DNA of 55,816 bases from a virus (lineage: Duplodnaviria; Caudoviricetes), in the IMG/VR virus record IMGVR_UViG_3300029183_000004, positions 1 to 55,816 of that record; one strand, given 5' to 3'. A program made the translations under genes and the position numbers. The notes beneath the pieces are model-generated. The model had not been told where the DNA came from, did not search any database, and was given only the letters and a program-made list of their open reading frames with translations. Shown in pieces: positions 19,022 through 28,598 of this stretch (position 1 is the stretch's first letter; each line of letters opens with the position of its first letter).

Positions 19022-19645
19022 ATGGCAGCATTATTGAAACAGAATTTTAATCTCTATACGGCAACCCGAACATGGGATCAGAAATCTCGTTGTGACATTC
19101 AGGAAGTCATTACCGAATTAAATATGCAATTTCGACCTCTTTATCATGGTACCTTTTGGCAGAGTGGAACATGGCAAAAGGTTTCAGATAAACATTGGCT
19201 AGCATTCATGTGTCAGTTAGAAGATAATAATGAATCAGAAAAGCTTCAAACCCTAGAGATGCTTTTCAAATATCTTTTTGGGGAAATGCCAGAGTTCAAA
19301 AAAGAAGTTCCTCAGCCAGTAAAAGAGGAGACAACTTCTATCCCTTGGTCTCAACGAACTAAGAACTACAAGAATAAAGTTAAAGCTAGAATTGCTTTGC
19401 TAAAATACCTAGTTCACTCACAGGGGTATGCTCTTAACGATTGCCAAAAAATGAAATTGATTGACCTACATCAGTACTTTGGGCAAGAGGATTACACTAT
19501 ACAACCAAACGTTTTAGCTTATATTCAAACTCTGGATTTAATGGATGAGGATTATTTATTCTATGATGTTAAGCGAGGAACCAAAGATAAATTCCTTAGC
19601 CTAAGTACTCTTCAAAAAATCTTAGTCCAAAAGGTTAAATCATAG
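19022..19645 (+). CDS. Hypothetical protein; C-terminus weakly resembles a truncated tyrosine-recombinase domain
   Basis: AAGGAG RBS; ARIALLKYL..QG....D..KMKLIDL and DYLF...LSLSTLQKI. Confidence 0.55.
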   Translation: MAALLKQNFNLYTATRTWDQKSRCDIQEVITELNMQFRPLYHGTFWQSGTWQKVSDKHWLAFMCQLEDNNESEKLQTLEMLFKYLFGEMPEFKKEVPQPVKEETTSIPWSQRTKNYKNKVKARIALLKYLVHSQGYALNDCQKMKLIDLHQYFGQEDYTIQPNVLAYIQTLDLMDEDYLFYDVKRGTKDKFLSLSTLQKILVQKVKS

Positions 19646-19659
19646 AATGGCAACATAAC

Positions 19660-19995
19660 TCACAGGGGATACTTGCCTTTATAGAGATACATTAAAAGGA
19701 CTAAGGAATTTAAGATCACCAATATTACTCCCATTATCAAACGTCCTAAGACAAGATATGGCCTAATTGTATTGATATCATAAATCGGATTCTCCCCTGT
19801 GAGAATGGAGAGTAAACCCACAACAAAAGTCATGCTCAATAATAGGCTTCCTAATAAACATTTGGGAAGCCTATTTTCAAAGAACAATTGATAGAGATAA
19901 GTGGATGGTCCGAAAAGGAAAAACAATCCCAGAAATAAAAGATTGCAGGCAACCAATGCATAGATCAATGCCATGTATTCTACTAAGTTACCCAC
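19660..19995 (-). CDS. 3-TM membrane protein, possible holin
   Basis: Three hydrophobic helices at the end of the late operon. Confidence 0.5.
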   Translation of the reverse strand: MGNLVEYMALIYALVACNLLFLGLFFLFGPSTYLYQLFFENRLPKCLLGSLLLSMTFVVGLLSILTGENPIYDINTIRPYLVLGRLIMGVILVILNSLVLLMYLYKGKYPL

Positions 19996-20590
19996 GAAAA
20001 ACGATCCCCATATTTGCTGCCAGTACTAAGATAATAAACAGTAATATAACCCCTAGAATAATATAGAGAAGGTTTCTGCCTATCTTAGCGTCGTTTTGTT
20101 GAACTCGGTTAACGATAGTTAATTGATCTAAATTTTCATCAACCTGAGTAAGTTTAGCACTTACCCGAGTTAATTCTACCTTTGTTTCGAGTTTGAAATC
20201 GTCTAAGTCTTTACGCAAACTTTTCACATCTTGTTGCATATCGGTTAGTAAAGGTGTTACATTACTTACTGGGGATGTAAACATGGTTGTATTTGTCTCC
20301 ATTGACTTCTCTAAGTATCCCTCATATGCCGGTAATAGTCGATCAAGTACACCATATTCATTTCCCACAGTAATTAAAAGACGATGTAACTTTGCTTCCT
20401 GATAGCGTAACTTTCCTAATACGGTACTCCAGATAGAAATAGGCGCAGCATTCAAATTTAATTGGCCTGAATCAATCCCTATGTCATTAAGAATTCTTTC
20501 AATACCTTGATTGTCTGAATACAGATCTGATAAAATAATCTCTAACTTGTCATGTTTCATAGTGTGTCCATCTACATATAAAGTGGACAC
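19988..20590 (-). CDS. Putative EAD1-like domain + coiled coil + C-terminal TM protein
   Basis: LSDLY...ILNDIGID...NL...W..VL......LHRLL..V..EY pattern; heptad region; TM tail. Confidence 0.55.
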   Translation of the reverse strand: MSTLYVDGHTMKHDKLEIILSDLYSDNQGIERILNDIGIDSGQLNLNAAPISIWSTVLGKLRYQEAKLHRLLITVGNEYGVLDRLLPAYEGYLEKSMETNTTMFTSPVSNVTPLLTDMQQDVKSLRKDLDDFKLETKVELTRVSAKLTQVDENLDQLTIVNRVQQNDAKIGRNLLYIILGVILLFIILVLAANMGIVFRG

Positions 20591-20625
20591 ACTATAAGGG
20601 ATAGATTATCCACTTTGATCGTAAG

Positions 20626-22269
20626 TTATTCGAAGTAATTCTTAAGCCATTCTGCCAATATAAACCACATAGTGGCCTGACTTTCTACCCAATCAATAAT
20701 AAATTCTGGGCTTTCCTCTGTTGGTCTAGGGGTTGGTGTGACCGTTGGTTCTGTTGGAATAGGACTAGGTGTTACTGTTGGCGTCTTTGTCCCCTGTGAG
20801 GTAGCTGTTGGTGTAGCTGTTGGTGTAGCGGTAGACATATCTGCTTTATGTAAACCATTAGCATAAGCTTCTAACATACTCCACCCAGTTGAATGAAGTT
20901 CCCAAGGATCAATATCTCGATCAAATAAGTCTTCAAATTCATCTGGCAAACCATCTTTATCTCTATCCTCACAGGGGGAACCTGGATCTACTGGGCCAGC
21001 AAATATCATTGGGTTATCGGTTTCAATATGCGCACCCTCACGGATAGCAGCTATCACAGTTGTATCAAAAGGAGATCGTCTTGAATACCATTCCCCCCTA
21101 CAATTAACCGCCCGACTATTCCCAGCAAAGCTAAGAAGAAATGTTTTCAATTCATCCCCTGTGAGGCGATAGTTTTGAATTTGCGGAGCTACATAAGCTG
21201 TTTTTACTAAAGCTGATCTGTCTTCCTGTTTTACTACTTCTCGGGCGTGTAAAGAGTTTCCTTGTGTGTCAATAATTACATTTGTTTCATCAACAAAAAT
21301 TGGTGAGTTATCATCAATTGAAATGTAATAGGGTAGGGGTTTGTCATCTTCAAGATCCTGTTTTATATCACCTGCGTAAGAATAATAGTTTCCCCGGTAA
21401 TTCACAGGAGAACCCTCTGAAACTTTACTTGGTGCATTATCGTTAAAAAAAGCTGTAATATAGTTGTAAGAAACATCAACCACTCTATCCGTCCTAATTC
21501 GTGGCATACGTTGGCTCATATGAGCAATGATATTATGGTGATAAGAATATCTACCCCCGTTAAAGTCTACTCTACCCAGTAATGGCCCTTTACCATCGGG
21601 CATTAAGGCAACAGTATCTAGTCCATACTCAATTGTTACATCGTGGGAATTGTACCAAACAATAGTATTTTCGTCTTCACTTACTCCTACCGTTGCATGG
21701 GAAATTAGTACATTATGTACACCATTTGGAAGGTTTCGATTTGAAATTGATAATGCTCGACTACCTTCGCCAGTAGACCTAGCAAGTAAGGTTACATATT
21801 GGATAGCAACATAAGGGGCATCAATATTAACTAGGCTAATTTCCGCTTGCCCAGATCCTTCAATTACAACACCACTACCTGAAGCCGTTTGCCCAATGAC
21901 TGTTACTCTACCATCGACGATAGATACCTCACCTGCTATTGTATACTTTCCGCCTTTAGTAAAGAGGCATACACGTGGCCCTCTGCCCTCAAAACAACTA
22001 ATCAATTCAGATGTGGAAGTAATTAAGTGGATTGTCCCGCCTCGGCCACCGGCAATCTCCTCACCGTCTAAATAAACAGTCTTAGATCCAAAGCCTTCTG
22101 AGCCAGGAAAAATAGGCTTTTCAACCCCCTGTGAGTTAATAACAATTGGCGGACGATTCACAGGGGCTTCAACCCAAAAATTATTGATATCGGCAAAGCC
22201 AAAGAAGACAAATGTACTAAACAGAAGTATCACCATATATAGTAGTTGTTGCATAGTTTCATCCTTCAT
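20626..22269 (-). CDS. Pectate-lyase-like (PL1, beta-helix) protein with N-terminal signal or anchor and Thr/Pro linker
   Basis: FPGSEGFG...GGRGG, TVIGQTA, HHNIIAH..QRMP, DRDKDGLPD and ATPTATPT. Confidence 0.85.
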   Translation of the reverse strand: MKDETMQQLLYMVILLFSTFVFFGFADINNFWVEAPVNRPPIVINSQGVEKPIFPGSEGFGSKTVYLDGEEIAGGRGGTIHLITSTSELISCFEGRGPRVCLFTKGGKYTIAGEVSIVDGRVTVIGQTASGSGVVIEGSGQAEISLVNIDAPYVAIQYVTLLARSTGEGSRALSISNRNLPNGVHNVLISHATVGVSEDENTIVWYNSHDVTIEYGLDTVALMPDGKGPLLGRVDFNGGRYSYHHNIIAHMSQRMPRIRTDRVVDVSYNYITAFFNDNAPSKVSEGSPVNYRGNYYSYAGDIKQDLEDDKPLPYYISIDDNSPIFVDETNVIIDTQGNSLHAREVVKQEDRSALVKTAYVAPQIQNYRLTGDELKTFLLSFAGNSRAVNCRGEWYSRRSPFDTTVIAAIREGAHIETDNPMIFAGPVDPGSPCEDRDKDGLPDEFEDLFDRDIDPWELHSTGWSMLEAYANGLHKADMSTATPTATPTATSQGTKTPTVTPSPIPTEPTVTPTPRPTEESPEFIIDWVESQATMWFILAEWLKNYFE

Positions 22270-22455
22270 ATAGTATAAATATTCGTCCCTCTATTTTACC
22301 AAATAAAGTGACGAAACAAAAATAAAGTATATAGTTCTTGACAAAGGAAGTAAATCTAAATAAGAAGAAAGGGGGAAAGGGGAATTAAGTTACTGGGTCT
22401 GCGACCTCATTTATAACCAGACAAAATGGATATGTATCAAGAACTATTAGTTCTG

Positions 22456-22830
22456 TTATGTTGGTGAGGCAACTTCATAGAATGAATCTATCTCTAAAAC
22501 TTCATAAACTTTACCTGGAAACATCCATGATATTGAATAGAGATCATAATAAGGAAAATTGGGATCAGGATTTGGGATAGAAACATCATCCCCTACACCA
22601 GTAGGATCACGAATAATTCCATTGTCATCATGGTATAACCATCGAAATTGATTAACGATTGTATCCCCTCCAGAAGTAGTAACTAAAATTGACGGTTGCA
22701 GGATACCAGCAGGATTCCCTAGTTGATCATAAATAAAATCTAAATTATCTGAATAAGTTTGCATGTCAGTGGCACTTACATTGTCGCCGAACGCCCAAGC
22801 GGGCGGATCAGTATATGGCATAATATCCAT
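22456..22830 (-). CDS. Minor tail / virion protein
   Basis: PYTDPPAWAFGDNVSATDMQTYSDNLDF; N-terminus paralogous to ORF 23675. Confidence 0.6.
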   Translation of the reverse strand: MDIMPYTDPPAWAFGDNVSATDMQTYSDNLDFIYDQLGNPAGILQPSILVTTSGGDTIVNQFRWLYHDDNGIIRDPTGVGDDVSIPNPDPNFPYYDLYSISWMFPGKVYEVLEIDSFYEVASPT

Positions 22831-22841
22831 CCTGGTAATAT

Positions 22842-22870
22842 TTGACTAATATTACCAACTAAAGTAAAAT
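22842..22870 (+). promoter_or_regulatory. Promoter of HNH gene; -35 lies in the loop of a palindrome
   Basis: TTGACT-17-TAAAAT; GGTAATATT-TGACT-AATATTACC. Confidence 0.6.
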
Positions 22871-22911
22871 ATTTTTATTGGTTAACTATAGTATTTATCC
22901 AAAGGAAAAAT

Positions 22912-23670
22912 ATGATTGGTAAACAATTTCATTCATGGACCGTAGTTTCTTTCGACCAAACTTTTAAAGGAAAACGATACTGGATTATTCAATGCCAATG
23001 TGGTTTTCAGCGTTCAATATCTACAAGTGAGTTCAATGTAGGTACTTTCTCTAAAGAATGTAAACAGTGTCGAAAAAAGAAGAGTAAAAGCTACACTAAA
23101 ACATATCGAGTTTGGAATGACATGAAAAAACGTTGTGCAAACCCTAACCATCCAAGTTATCATAATTATGGGGGTCGAGGTATCGATGTATGTGATCGAT
23201 GGAAATATTCTTATGACAACTTTTTAACTGATATGGGTGAACGACCATCAAATAATCACTCTTTAGATAGAATCGATAATAACGATTCATATACACCAGG
23301 AAATTGTCGATGGGCTACTCTTCAACAACAAGCAAATAATAAGTCAACAACTGTCCAAGTAACTTATCAAGGAAAAACTCAATCAATTAAACAGTGGTCA
23401 AATGAATATAACATTCCTTATTCACTGTTACGATCTAGATTACAAGAATTAAATTGGCCTATCAAGAAAGCTTTAACAACCCCTGTGGGAATAACAAAGT
23501 TTAAAGGAAATTCCCATACTTTAAATGGGGCTTCAAAACCTTTAACAGATTGGTGCAAAGAATATAATATAGCTCATCGACTTGTTTATAAGAGAATTAA
23601 AGAAATGAATTGGGACATTGAAAAAGCCTTAACAACTCCTGCAAGAAAAATTTCATTAAAAGGAAAATAA
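22912..23670 (+). CDS. Free-standing HNH homing endonuclease, antisense to late operon
   Basis: YGGRGIDVCDRW, DMGERP and SLDRIDNN..Y.PGNCRWAT..QQANN. Confidence 0.9.
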   Translation: MIGKQFHSWTVVSFDQTFKGKRYWIIQCQCGFQRSISTSEFNVGTFSKECKQCRKKKSKSYTKTYRVWNDMKKRCANPNHPSYHNYGGRGIDVCDRWKYSYDNFLTDMGERPSNNHSLDRIDNNDSYTPGNCRWATLQQQANNKSTTVQVTYQGKTQSIKQWSNEYNIPYSLLRSRLQELNWPIKKALTTPVGITKFKGNSHTLNGASKPLTDWCKEYNIAHRLVYKRIKEMNWDIEKALTTPARKISLKGK

Positions 23671-23674
23671 TCAC

Positions 23675-24166
23675 TTAGATAGGGCTGGTGGTGGAACCGT
23701 ACTCGCCAAGAAAGACTACTTTTCCTGCACCGGTTCCCCCCGACTGCCAAGAAAAGTTAAATTGAACATCATAGAAATTTCCTAATGTTAATCCACCAGG
23801 GTTGCTATTTAAATCTACATATCCTTGCCAGGTATAAGGTGCAGTTCTAGAACCTGCATCTGAAAAGACAGTCGTTCCATTATATGAAATACTTAAAGTA
23901 TCATGTGTTCCAGAAGTAATCTGGATATTATAATGGAAATATTGCGCACGATGTAATTGATTAAATAACGACGAAGTACTTCCACTATTGTTTAATGTTA
24001 CTTGAGCAAACGCTGGATTAACTCCCCCCAATAAATCATTGAGGAAATCTAAGTTATTCGAAAGTATGTTTAAATCACTTGCAGTGAGTATGTTGCCTGA
24101 GCTAAAAGTGGGCGTCGTCTGGTACGGAATAATACACCTCCTAATAAGAGATAATCTTTGCTCCAT
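23675..24166 (-). CDS. Minor tail / virion protein
   Basis: PYQTTPTFSSGNILTASDLNILSNNLDF; tail module position; start uncertain. Confidence 0.6.
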   Translation of the reverse strand: MEQRLSLIRRCIIPYQTTPTFSSGNILTASDLNILSNNLDFLNDLLGGVNPAFAQVTLNNSGSTSSLFNQLHRAQYFHYNIQITSGTHDTLSISYNGTTVFSDAGSRTAPYTWQGYVDLNSNPGGLTLGNFYDVQFNFSWQSGGTGAGKVVFLGEYGSTTSPI

Positions 24167-25973
24167 TTAATTGATCGGTATCGATAATAAAGAACTCTGC
24201 ACCTTCATTATCACCACCCCCAGGATTGCCCCCAGGGTTTCCTCCCCCAGCTAAAGTAAAGGCAGCATCGATACAGTTTAAATCTTGGCTAAATCCATTG
24301 ATATCATATGACCAATTGATCCCAATGATAAAAGCATCTCGGGTAGTGGATAACACTTTCTCATCTTTAACCGTGATACGGTCTCCTAATCGGCGGGCTG
24401 ATTCCCCAGGGCATTTAATCAATCGATAGAAGAGTGTCGGAATTTGTTGCCTGTCGAGAACAAATTGGGCCAATGCATCTGTTTGAACTCCACTTTGGAT
24501 ATAATCATTCGTAATCCTACGCTCTTTTGATTGTCTAGCAGTTATCCAAAAAGGACTAGTACTTTCCTTTGTAGTTTCGATACGGTCTTGAAATACGACC
24601 GGTCGTCCAAAGACTTGAACATTGGTTAATGTAGTTGCTGATCCCCCTGTGGTATCAACAGTTAACTCAATTCCCTCTGCAAGATCTAATTGAGTTATTG
24701 AAGCACTACCCGTTTGTTGTAAGGTAAAGCTAGTAATTGTAAATGCTGGGTTATCAAACTTGATTAAGACCTTACTTATAGTATTTGCTGCTACGGTAGT
24801 AAGTACCGAAGAGTTATGAATTTGGGTATTAGCTTCCGCTTCAGCTATTCGTCCAACAATCGTAACCTTTTTTGATAAGTTCGTATCATCATAATAAAGA
24901 CGAAGATCTGAGAAACCATAATCGTCTCCATCAATCCCCCGTGAATAAGTTGCTTGAGAAGTTGTGTGGGGTGCCTGTGTCCAATGGTTTAGGTTCTCAT
25001 AGACATAATCCCCTTGATAGTTACAATAGAATCGCCCGCCCGCCGAAGCTGCCAGTTTCCAGCATGTTTGTGCTACAGAGGAATTCAGTGTTGAAAAGAA
25101 TGGAATCTTAAACACCCCTGTATCTAATACCATATCTCCAGTATTGATACCGGCTTGGTTCAAGGTATTATGAATCAACTGAGACTCTGTTTGAGGATTT
25201 GAGACAAAAGAAGCAAAGTTAGTTTGTGATAATGAAACCCGACGATTGATTATCTTTTCTTCATTCCCTCGGCAATCAAGAGTAATCGCTCGAATTTGAT
25301 TATTGATAACCGTATTTTCAATTGGGTTCTTGATCACCCCTTGAAAAATTTGATTCCAAGATGCGCCGCCATCGGTAGTCACAGAGAACCTAGCAGGAGC
25401 GTGCCATGCTTGACCATCGGAAACATGGGCATATAATGCACCGGTAGTAACCTTTGAACTATAACGGTTATCATGGTTATCCAATGTAGCCGTCATAGTT
25501 GCAATCATCCCCTGTGAGGCTTCTACGGCTTGGCCTGGGGGAACTAGGTTATGAGTACCTCGAACACCAATAATCCGATCTGTTTCATCTGTATAGGTAC
25601 CGTCAAAATCCCAATCAACTTCAAGTCGGGTAAAGACTTCTCTATCAGGGGGTGTATTTGCAGGAGGATTCCCAGGATCAGTAGGTGGAAATGTTGGTGG
25701 AATTTCATCTGTGCTAGCAAAATATTCTATTTGAATACCAACTAATGTAACTCTGGCAGAGTTATCCGGATCCGCTGGACCTCCATATGTCCCAGCGGAT
25801 ACGATACTAATCTCAAGAGCATTTAAATCTGTCTCAGACCACGATCCAGAATTGCTAGGTTTTAGCTCATAGAAATCACTATAATTCTGATATGTCGCTG
25901 TCAGCGTTTTTTCAGAACCATTTGTGACAGTTGAATTTTCTTCTATCCGAATAATTACTTTTGGTTCTGCCAT
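24141..25973 (-). CDS. Tail protein (baseplate hub-like)
   Basis: LEVDWDFDG, LDNHDNRYS and LGDRITV; downstream of tape measure. Confidence 0.7.
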   Translation of the reverse strand: MAEPKVIIRIEENSTVTNGSEKTLTATYQNYSDFYELKPSNSGSWSETDLNALEISIVSAGTYGGPADPDNSARVTLVGIQIEYFASTDEIPPTFPPTDPGNPPANTPPDREVFTRLEVDWDFDGTYTDETDRIIGVRGTHNLVPPGQAVEASQGMIATMTATLDNHDNRYSSKVTTGALYAHVSDGQAWHAPARFSVTTDGGASWNQIFQGVIKNPIENTVINNQIRAITLDCRGNEEKIINRRVSLSQTNFASFVSNPQTESQLIHNTLNQAGINTGDMVLDTGVFKIPFFSTLNSSVAQTCWKLAASAGGRFYCNYQGDYVYENLNHWTQAPHTTSQATYSRGIDGDDYGFSDLRLYYDDTNLSKKVTIVGRIAEAEANTQIHNSSVLTTVAANTISKVLIKFDNPAFTITSFTLQQTGSASITQLDLAEGIELTVDTTGGSATTLTNVQVFGRPVVFQDRIETTKESTSPFWITARQSKERRITNDYIQSGVQTDALAQFVLDRQQIPTLFYRLIKCPGESARRLGDRITVKDEKVLSTTRDAFIIGINWSYDINGFSQDLNCIDAAFTLAGGGNPGGNPGGGDNEGAEFFIIDTDQLNGAKIISY

Positions 25974-25975
25974 AA

Positions 25976-27478
25976 TTAACTCAATGATGCCATATTAGCG
26001 GAGAGAGTAGCGATATCCCCAGAGGATAATTTATCAGAGTACATTGCAAATGCGAGTATATTACCCGAGGACCAACGACTTGCAACGATAATCCCAATAT
26101 TTCGACCGCCTAAAGTAAGGGTTAAGGTTTGAACTCCTGCGCCATCCCCCCAATCAGGAGCTACAGAAGGTACCTGTAACACACCATTTCTATAAAGACC
26201 ATCTTCATTCATAACAAGAACAGCATTAGCTACCCCTGTGGAACTTCCCATATTGAGATTCTCATTTCCCCATGCTGCCAATGTGTTATTATTGATAGCA
26301 GAGTAAGGAGTAATCTGCACTTCGGGTAAGGTATTACTATCATTTGCGCCAAGCATTTGAGTACTATCATTTGGTGCGCCACTAAAACGAATCGCAATAG
26401 TGTATCCTTTACCTACCCCTAAAGATCCACCGACAAAATAAGCACCTATGCCAGAGAATGACCAACCGGTACCCGATGCCCAAGTCGGTTCAGTACCATT
26501 CCATGAAGTAATAGAATTTCCATTACCGGTTAAATCCGTCTTACTATCTGCTTGACTAGCAGCACCAATAGGTTTATATGCAACCAATGGTGTTCCAAAA
26601 TCCCACCAATCCCCAGGAACAACATTATCATTACCGTATTTAGCAACAATGAAGGGGCGAATCGAAGAGACTGTTTTCCCAGCAGGTAAGCTTACCGTAG
26701 CTAATTTATAAGTATCAACAAGACTAGCTGCATTAGCAAAGTTATAAGAAGCATCGTTATCAGAAGGATACTCATCTACATTCTCATGATTATTGGTTAC
26801 TGTGTTTGGTTCAGGTGTCCATGCCGCTGAGACAGTACTTGCAACACTTATAAATTCAATCTCAATTTCAGGAGGTTTTTTATCTACATCTGAATCCGAA
26901 GTGTTAACAAATAAATTATCCATATCCATTAACTCTCCGCCACCACCCCAACCAGATCCACCAGCATCCCCACCACCATAGGCAGCTACAATATTTTGGC
27001 TAGAGAGATCTCCTGTGTACGATACCACAGGGGAATTATTGAGATAAAGGGTAAACCATCCACCACTTAAAGCAGATTTATAAGAGAAGCCACAGAAGAT
27101 CCATGTATTTAAAGTAGCAGTTAAAGCACCGTCATCAACACTAGCAACCGCTGTATTATTTTGACGAATTCGAATGGATGCCGCTGTGATATCCCAAACA
27201 ATATCATTGTATAATCCATCCGCTCTTTTAACTACCCAAAGAACAGCAACATTTCCGGCACCGGTATTAGTTGTACGAAGGTGATACCCGCCCTCGGCTT
27301 GGCTAATAGAAGAAAAAGTATAGCCAATAGGTTTAACATCTGAAAAATGGGTAAATCCTCTAGCGCCGTTTCTAGCTGCCGCTCCTGAAATACTGCCAGG
27401 GGTTGCTCCATAAGGACCAGTCAAGCTAGAATAATTATCGGTACTTCCATCTTCAAACCCCGTGGATCCAACTCTCAT
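25976..27478 (-). CDS. Tail protein with ConA/LamG-like domains
   Basis: Gly/Ser/Thr-rich beta protein; C-terminal WWD...AYKPIGAAS...DLTGNGN module. Confidence 0.7.
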   Translation of the reverse strand: MRVGSTGFEDGSTDNYSSLTGPYGATPGSISGAAARNGARGFTHFSDVKPIGYTFSSISQAEGGYHLRTTNTGAGNVAVLWVVKRADGLYNDIVWDITAASIRIRQNNTAVASVDDGALTATLNTWIFCGFSYKSALSGGWFTLYLNNSPVVSYTGDLSSQNIVAAYGGGDAGGSGWGGGGELMDMDNLFVNTSDSDVDKKPPEIEIEFISVASTVSAAWTPEPNTVTNNHENVDEYPSDNDASYNFANAASLVDTYKLATVSLPAGKTVSSIRPFIVAKYGNDNVVPGDWWDFGTPLVAYKPIGAASQADSKTDLTGNGNSITSWNGTEPTWASGTGWSFSGIGAYFVGGSLGVGKGYTIAIRFSGAPNDSTQMLGANDSNTLPEVQITPYSAINNNTLAAWGNENLNMGSSTGVANAVLVMNEDGLYRNGVLQVPSVAPDWGDGAGVQTLTLTLGGRNIGIIVASRWSSGNILAFAMYSDKLSSGDIATLSANMASLS

Positions 27479-27858
27479 TAAGCTTCCCTCAAATTCATCT
27501 TAATGTCTTTGTGATAGATAGTTTTTAAATTCCCTACTGTAATTCTATCATACCTCAAGTCGGGTTGCTGTGGGTCTATATTCACTTGATAAAGAGTCCC
27601 ATCAATATCAATGTAAGATTTTGGTAAGGTTTTTAGATCTTGGAAAGCAATTTTAATATTTGGGAATAAAGGATCTGTTGTTGAGACTAACTGCCAGGTA
27701 ATCTCAAATCGATGACGTAATGTATTACTTGATAGATCAATAACCACTGTTCCATCTGCAAGTATCTGACGACCACCTAAATAAAATGCAGTAACTTTTA
27801 CATCAGAAGGTGGAGGTAATTCGTTTCCGTTTACACTTATAGCCTGATAGCTACTCAC
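27478..27858 (-). CDS. Putative distal tail protein
   Basis: First structural gene after the tape measure; ISVNGNELPPPS. Confidence 0.6.
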   Translation of the reverse strand: MSSYQAISVNGNELPPPSDVKVTAFYLGGRQILADGTVVIDLSSNTLRHRFEITWQLVSTTDPLFPNIKIAFQDLKTLPKSYIDIDGTLYQVNIDPQQPDLRYDRITVGNLKTIYHKDIKMNLREA

Positions 27859-27864
27859 GGGTAT

Positions 27865-27893
27865 TTGTTCCTATACATATTGTATGGTATAAT
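27865..27893 (+). promoter_or_regulatory. Promoter predicted to give leaderless HNH mRNA
   Basis: TTGTTC-17-TATAAT with TG extension; ATG 6 nt after the -10; no SD. Confidence 0.7.
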
Positions 27894-27899
27894 AAATCT

Positions 27900-28598
27900 A
27901 TGCCAAAATTTATAGATTTATCCCATAAAACTTTTTCCAGATTAACCGTTCAAGACTGTGTTGTGTTAGATCAGCAAACCTATTGGTATTGTACATGCTC
28001 TTGTGGTAATGAACAATATGTTAGATCCGCTTCCTTAAGATCAGGCAAAACAAAAAGTTGTGGGTGCCTGCAAAAAGAAAGTGCTGCCAAGCATATTGTC
28101 ACAACTAAAAAACATTCTACACATAAACTTTCTGATTCAAATGAACATGCTATCTGGCAAGCAATGAAACAACGCTGTCATAATCCTAATAATCGTCAAT
28201 ATAAAAATTACGGTGGCAGAGGCATCTATGTTTGCGACCGATGGAAAGAATCATTTGAAAATTTCTATTCTGATATGGGACCAAAACCACAGGGGTTAAC
28301 ATTAGATCGTATCGATAATAATGGTCCCTATACACCAGAAAATTGTCATTGGACAACCCCTAAAGAACAAGCTAGAAATCTTAGAAAAAATCGAATTGTC
28401 ACTTATAAAGGAAGAACCTTACCGTTAGTTACCTTATGTGACGAATTAAATCTTAAGCATAAACCTATTTATAAGCGAATTTTTGAACGTGGTTGGGATG
28501 TTAAAAAGGCTATTGAACAACCATTACAAAAGAGAAATTCTACTGTGGTTCAGTTAAGCTTTCTTGTCTGGTTAACCCTGCCTGCACTCCTGGCGTAA
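27900..28598 (+). CDS. Free-standing HNH homing endonuclease, antisense
   Basis: CTCSCG..KSCGC, YGGRGIYVCDRW and TLDRIDNNGPY.PENCHW. Confidence 0.9.
   Translation: MPKFIDLSHKTFSRLTVQDCVVLDQQTYWYCTCSCGNEQYVRSASLRSGKTKSCGCLQKESAAKHIVTTKKHSTHKLSDSNEHAIWQAMKQRCHNPNNRQYKNYGGRGIYVCDRWKESFENFYSDMGPKPQGLTLDRIDNNGPYTPENCHWTTPKEQARNLRKNRIVTYKGRTLPLVTLCDELNLKHKPIYKRIFERGWDVKKAIEQPLQKRNSTVVQLSFLVWLTLPALLA

Noticed and set aside
20730-20835. GTTGGTGTAGCT-type repeat
   Set aside because: Explained by the Thr/Pro linker of the pectate-lyase-like protein
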